NCBI GenBank assembly: GCA_021779855.1
Contig: JAJXZW010000005.1
Location: forward strand, 23,949 to 87,948
Length of the DNA stretch: 64,000 bases
Source: Actinomycetes bacterium
Lineage (GTDB): Bacteria; Actinomycetota; Acidimicrobiia; Acidimicrobiales; RAAP-2
Direction: 5' to 3'
Shown here: positions 61,126 to 64,000 of the stretch, piece after piece
How the letters are laid out: each line of letters begins with the position of its first letter
Position numbering within the stretch: position 1 is the first letter of the stretch
Program-made: the position numbers and the translations under genes
The notes under the pieces: model-generated
The model's input: the letters and a program-made list of their open reading frames with translations, nothing else
Told to the model about the DNA's origin: nothing
Databases searched by the model: none

Positions 61126-61318
61126 GCGCCGCACGGGGACGCGCACGTCGCTCACGCCCACGAGCCTCCCCGACCGCGCCGGCCCCGTCCAGCACGATTC
61201 CCCGTGGCGTCGCGTGGCGTTACCTACACTGGTCCGTGCGCTCACCGAGGGTCGTCCGGGCCGGGCGCGACGCCAGATAGGCCTACCGGTGGCTAACCGG
61301 GCTCGTTCGAAGGGAGTG

Positions 61319-62287
61319 ATGAGCATGTTCTTGCGCCGCCCGCTGCGCGAGCTCCTCTTCGACCCGGCGGCCGCGGCCACGTTCTTCTGGCTGGGCGGGG
61401 TGGTCGGCGCCGCGGTGATGCTCCTCACCAGCCACTGGCCCCACGACGCCGTCGTGACGACCCTCGTGGTTATGGGCATCGCCCTGCTCGCCACGGTGAC
61501 GCGGGCCCTCGTCGGCGAGCGCCGACCCCGCTGGACGCTCCAGGTCGACGCGGCGCTCGCGACCGGCCTGGTGAGCGTGGTGCTGGCGGTCGCCCCCTCC
61601 GGCTACAGCACCTTCGCGATCTTCTACGTGTGGATCGCGCTCTACGCGTCGCTCTACTTCACCCGGCTCCAGAGCGTCGTCCAGATCGCCCTGGTGGCCC
61701 TGGCCTACGGGCTGGTGCTCGCGAACGGCCCGGCCGTGGACCGCCCCGCCGCCTCCTGGATCGCCATCGTGGGCACGTGCGCGACCTTCGCGACGCTCAC
61801 CTCGACGCTCGTGAACGTGCTGCGCACGACGGCGCGCCAGGACCCCCTGACCGGGGTGGCCAACCGGCGGGTCTTCGACGAGCGCCTGGCCGAGGAGATC
61901 GAGCGGGCCCGCCGCTCGAAGGCGCCGCTGTCGGTCGTCGCGATCGACGTCGACGACTTCAAGGGCGTCAACGACCACCGGGGGCACCTCGCCGGGGACC
62001 GGGCCCTCGTGCGCCTCGTCGAGGAGTGGCGGGGCGGCCTGCGCCGCGCCACCGACTTCCTCGCGCGCCTGGGCGGCGACGAGTTCGCCGCCATCGTCGC
62101 CGACGCCGACGCCGACCAGGTCCGCCCGCTCGTCGAGCGCCTGGGCGCCGTGACGACCGACGGGGTCACCGCCTCGGTGGGCGCGGCGACCTGGGACGGC
62201 GCCGAGAGCGCGGAGGACCTCTTCCGGCGGGCCGACGCGGCGATGTTCCAGGCGAAGGCCGCCCGCAAGGCGGACCGGTCGTCCTAG
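61319..62287 (+). CDS. Membrane-bound diguanylate cyclase (GGDEF)
   Basis: About 6 TM helices, QDPLTGVANRR, DVDDFKGVND, RxxD I-site, RLGGDEF. Confidence 0.92.
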   Translation: MSMFLRRPLRELLFDPAAAATFFWLGGVVGAAVMLLTSHWPHDAVVTTLVVMGIALLATVTRALVGERRPRWTLQVDAALATGLVSVVLAVAPSGYSTFAIFYVWIALYASLYFTRLQSVVQIALVALAYGLVLANGPAVDRPAASWIAIVGTCATFATLTSTLVNVLRTTARQDPLTGVANRRVFDERLAEEIERARRSKAPLSVVAIDVDDFKGVNDHRGHLAGDRALVRLVEEWRGGLRRATDFLARLGGDEFAAIVADADADQVRPLVERLGAVTTDGVTASVGAATWDGAESAEDLFRRADAAMFQAKAARKADRSS

Positions 62288-64000
62288 GGCTCGCCCTCGA
62301 GCGCCTCGAGCTCGACGAGGTGCTCCCCCGAGGCCACCTGGTCGCCCGCCGCGACGAGCACGGCCGCCACCCGGGCGTCGCGCGGGGCGAGGACCGGGTG
62401 CTCCATCTTCATCGCCTCGACGACGAGCAGGACGTCGCCCTCGGCGACCGCGTCGCCCGGCGCGCAGCGCACCTGGGCCACCGTCCCGGGCAGGGGGCTC
62501 ACGAGGCCGGTGTCGCGACCGGGCCCGCGCGCGGCGCGCCCCGCCGCGCCCACCGGCACGGGTGACACGAGGGCGACCTCGCCGTCGATCCACACCTCGG
62601 TCCGCGCAGCGCCCTCGACCGTGACGGCGTGGCGGGTGACGCCCCCGACCTCCAGGAGGTGGCCGGTCGCCCCGTCGCCGGCCTCCTCGGCGCGCGCGCG
62701 CACGCCCACCGGCCCGAGGAGCGGGCGGTCCGCCCCGGGCGCGCGCACGCTCACCAGTGCGTCCTCGTAGCGGCCGCGCACGGTGACGAGGAGCTCTTCC
62801 CCGTCGACCTCGACGCGCACGACGTCCTCGGCGGTCCCGCCGGGCCGCCAGGCGCCCCGGGACGTCCACACCGGGTCCGCCCCTCGCGCCCGGGCGCGCG
62901 CCAGGCCCGCCAGGGCGTAGACGGCGGCCGCGAGGGCCCCGTCCGCGTCGGCCTCGCGGGCGACCTCGTCGGTCACCCGGTCGAGCAGGCCGGTGTCGAG
63001 TCGGCCCTCGACGACCTCGGGCCGGGCGAGGAGCCGGCGCAGGTAGGCGAGGTTGGTCGTGAGCCCGGCCACGCGGGCCCCGCGCAGGGACCCCTCGAGG
63101 CGGCGCAGCGCCTCCGCCCGGTCGGCGCCGTGGGCGACGACCTTGGCGAGGAGCGGGTCGTAGTAGGTCGAGACCTCGCTGCCGCGCTCGATCCACGAGT
63201 CGACCCGCACCCCGGCGGTCTCGGGGAGGTGCACGTGGGCCACCCGGCCCGACGTCGGCAGGAACCCGCGCCCCGGGTCCTCGGCGTAGAGGCGGGCCTC
63301 CAGCGCGTGGCCCCTCAGCGCCACGTCGGCCTGGCGGAGGCGCAGCGGCTCGCCCGCGGCCACCCGGACCTGCTCTTCGACCAGGTCGAGGCCGGTGACG
63401 CACTCGGTCACGGGGTGCTCGACCTGCAGGCGCGTGTTCATCTCGATGAAGTAGTACTCGTCCTCGCCGTCGACCGGCACGAGGAACTCGACGGTGCCGA
63501 GGCTCTCGTAGTCGACCGCGCGGGCCGCCTCGAGCGCCGAGCGCAGGAGCCCGTCGCGCAGGCCCGGCGCGAGGCCCGTGGTCGGGCACTCCTCGACGAC
63601 CTTCTGGTGGCGGCGCTGGAGGGTGCACTCGCGCTCGCCCAGGTGGATGAGGTTCCCGAAGGCGTCGCCCAGCACCTGGACCTCGACGTGGCGGGTGCGC
63701 CCGAGGTACCGCTCGACGAAGAGCCGGGCGTCCCCGAAGGCGGCCCCCGCCTCCCGGGCGGCCACCGGGACCACGCGCGCGAGGCCGTCGAGGTCCTCGA
63801 CGACGTGCATCCCCTTGCCCCCGCCGCCGGCCGACGGCTTCACGAGGAGGGGGAAGCCGACCGCCTCGGCGGCGGCGCGCAGCGTCGCCGCCGCGCCGTC
63901 CGCGAGGGCCAGCCCGTCGAGCGTCGGGACCCCCGCCCGGCTCACCCGCGCCTTGGCCTCGAGCTTGTCGGCCATGGCGCGCATCGCCGCGGCGCTCGGC
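62284..64000 (-). CDS. Biotin carboxylase-BCCP (acyl-CoA carboxylase alpha), 5' end outside window
   Basis: KPSAGGGGKGM, ERECTLQRRHQK, EMNTRLQVEHPVTE, EAMKME biotinylation motif. Confidence 0.95.
   Translation of the reverse strand, partial: PSAAAMRAMADKLEAKARVSRAGVPTLDGLALADGAAATLRAAAEAVGFPLLVKPSAGGGGKGMHVVEDLDGLARVVPVAAREAGAAFGDARLFVERYLGRTRHVEVQVLGDAFGNLIHLGERECTLQRRHQKVVEECPTTGLAPGLRDGLLRSALEAARAVDYESLGTVEFLVPVDGEDEYYFIEMNTRLQVEHPVTECVTGLDLVEEQVRVAAGEPLRLRQADVALRGHALEARLYAEDPGRGFLPTSGRVAHVHLPETAGVRVDSWIERGSEVSTYYDPLLAKVVAHGADRAEALRRLEGSLRGARVAGLTTNLAYLRRLLARPEVVEGRLDTGLLDRVTDEVAREADADGALAAAVYALAGLARARARGADPVWTSRGAWRPGGTAEDVVRVEVDGEELLVTVRGRYEDALVSVRAPGADRPLLGPVGVRARAEEAGDGATGHLLEVGGVTRHAVTVEGAARTEVWIDGEVALVSPVPVGAAGRAARGPGRDTGLVSPLPGTVAQVRCAPGDAVAEGDVLLVVEAMKMEHPVLAPRDARVAAVLVAAGDQVASGEHLVELEALEGEP

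Overview
Very GC-rich actinobacterial chromosome segment. Gene order and content suggest Acidimicrobiia (inference). 1-4900: accessory block next to the 3' end of tRNA-Ala(CGC), with SufT-like, DUF488, AlkA, a decayed transketolase fragment, an SDR and an F420-type LLM. 5000-38230: mostly core genes: cysH/cysDN, MFS, MarR, HtrA, MeaB, murA, glpX, a complete atp operon, wecA, glyA, rpiB, tsaC, prmC, prfA, rpmE, rho, thrC, hom, lysA and tRNA-Arg(CCG). 38230-45800: relic integration region with a 72-bp diverged duplication of the tRNA-Arg 3' half, a second dispersed repeat, an ECF-ogt pair, secreted orphan genes, gene remnants and a ~100-bp MITE-like element; no integrase was found. 45800-53700: MFS/MarR/TetR efflux cluster. 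53760-60540: the most interesting part, a two-module putative sulfide/persulfide detoxification locus. Module 1 is a GntR(HutC)-associated tauE-DUF1634 operon. Module 2 is an operon with a CsoR-type operator, encoding SQR, a 48-aa micro-protein, a CstR-like repressor, CoA-disulfide reductase-rhodanese, a 55-aa Cys-rich micro-protein and a methyltransferase. Both micro-proteins are absent as separate entries in the ORF track. No CRISPR array, rRNA or intact transposase/integrase was seen. Family assignments come from motif recognition, not database searches. Several start codons were re-chosen by eye.
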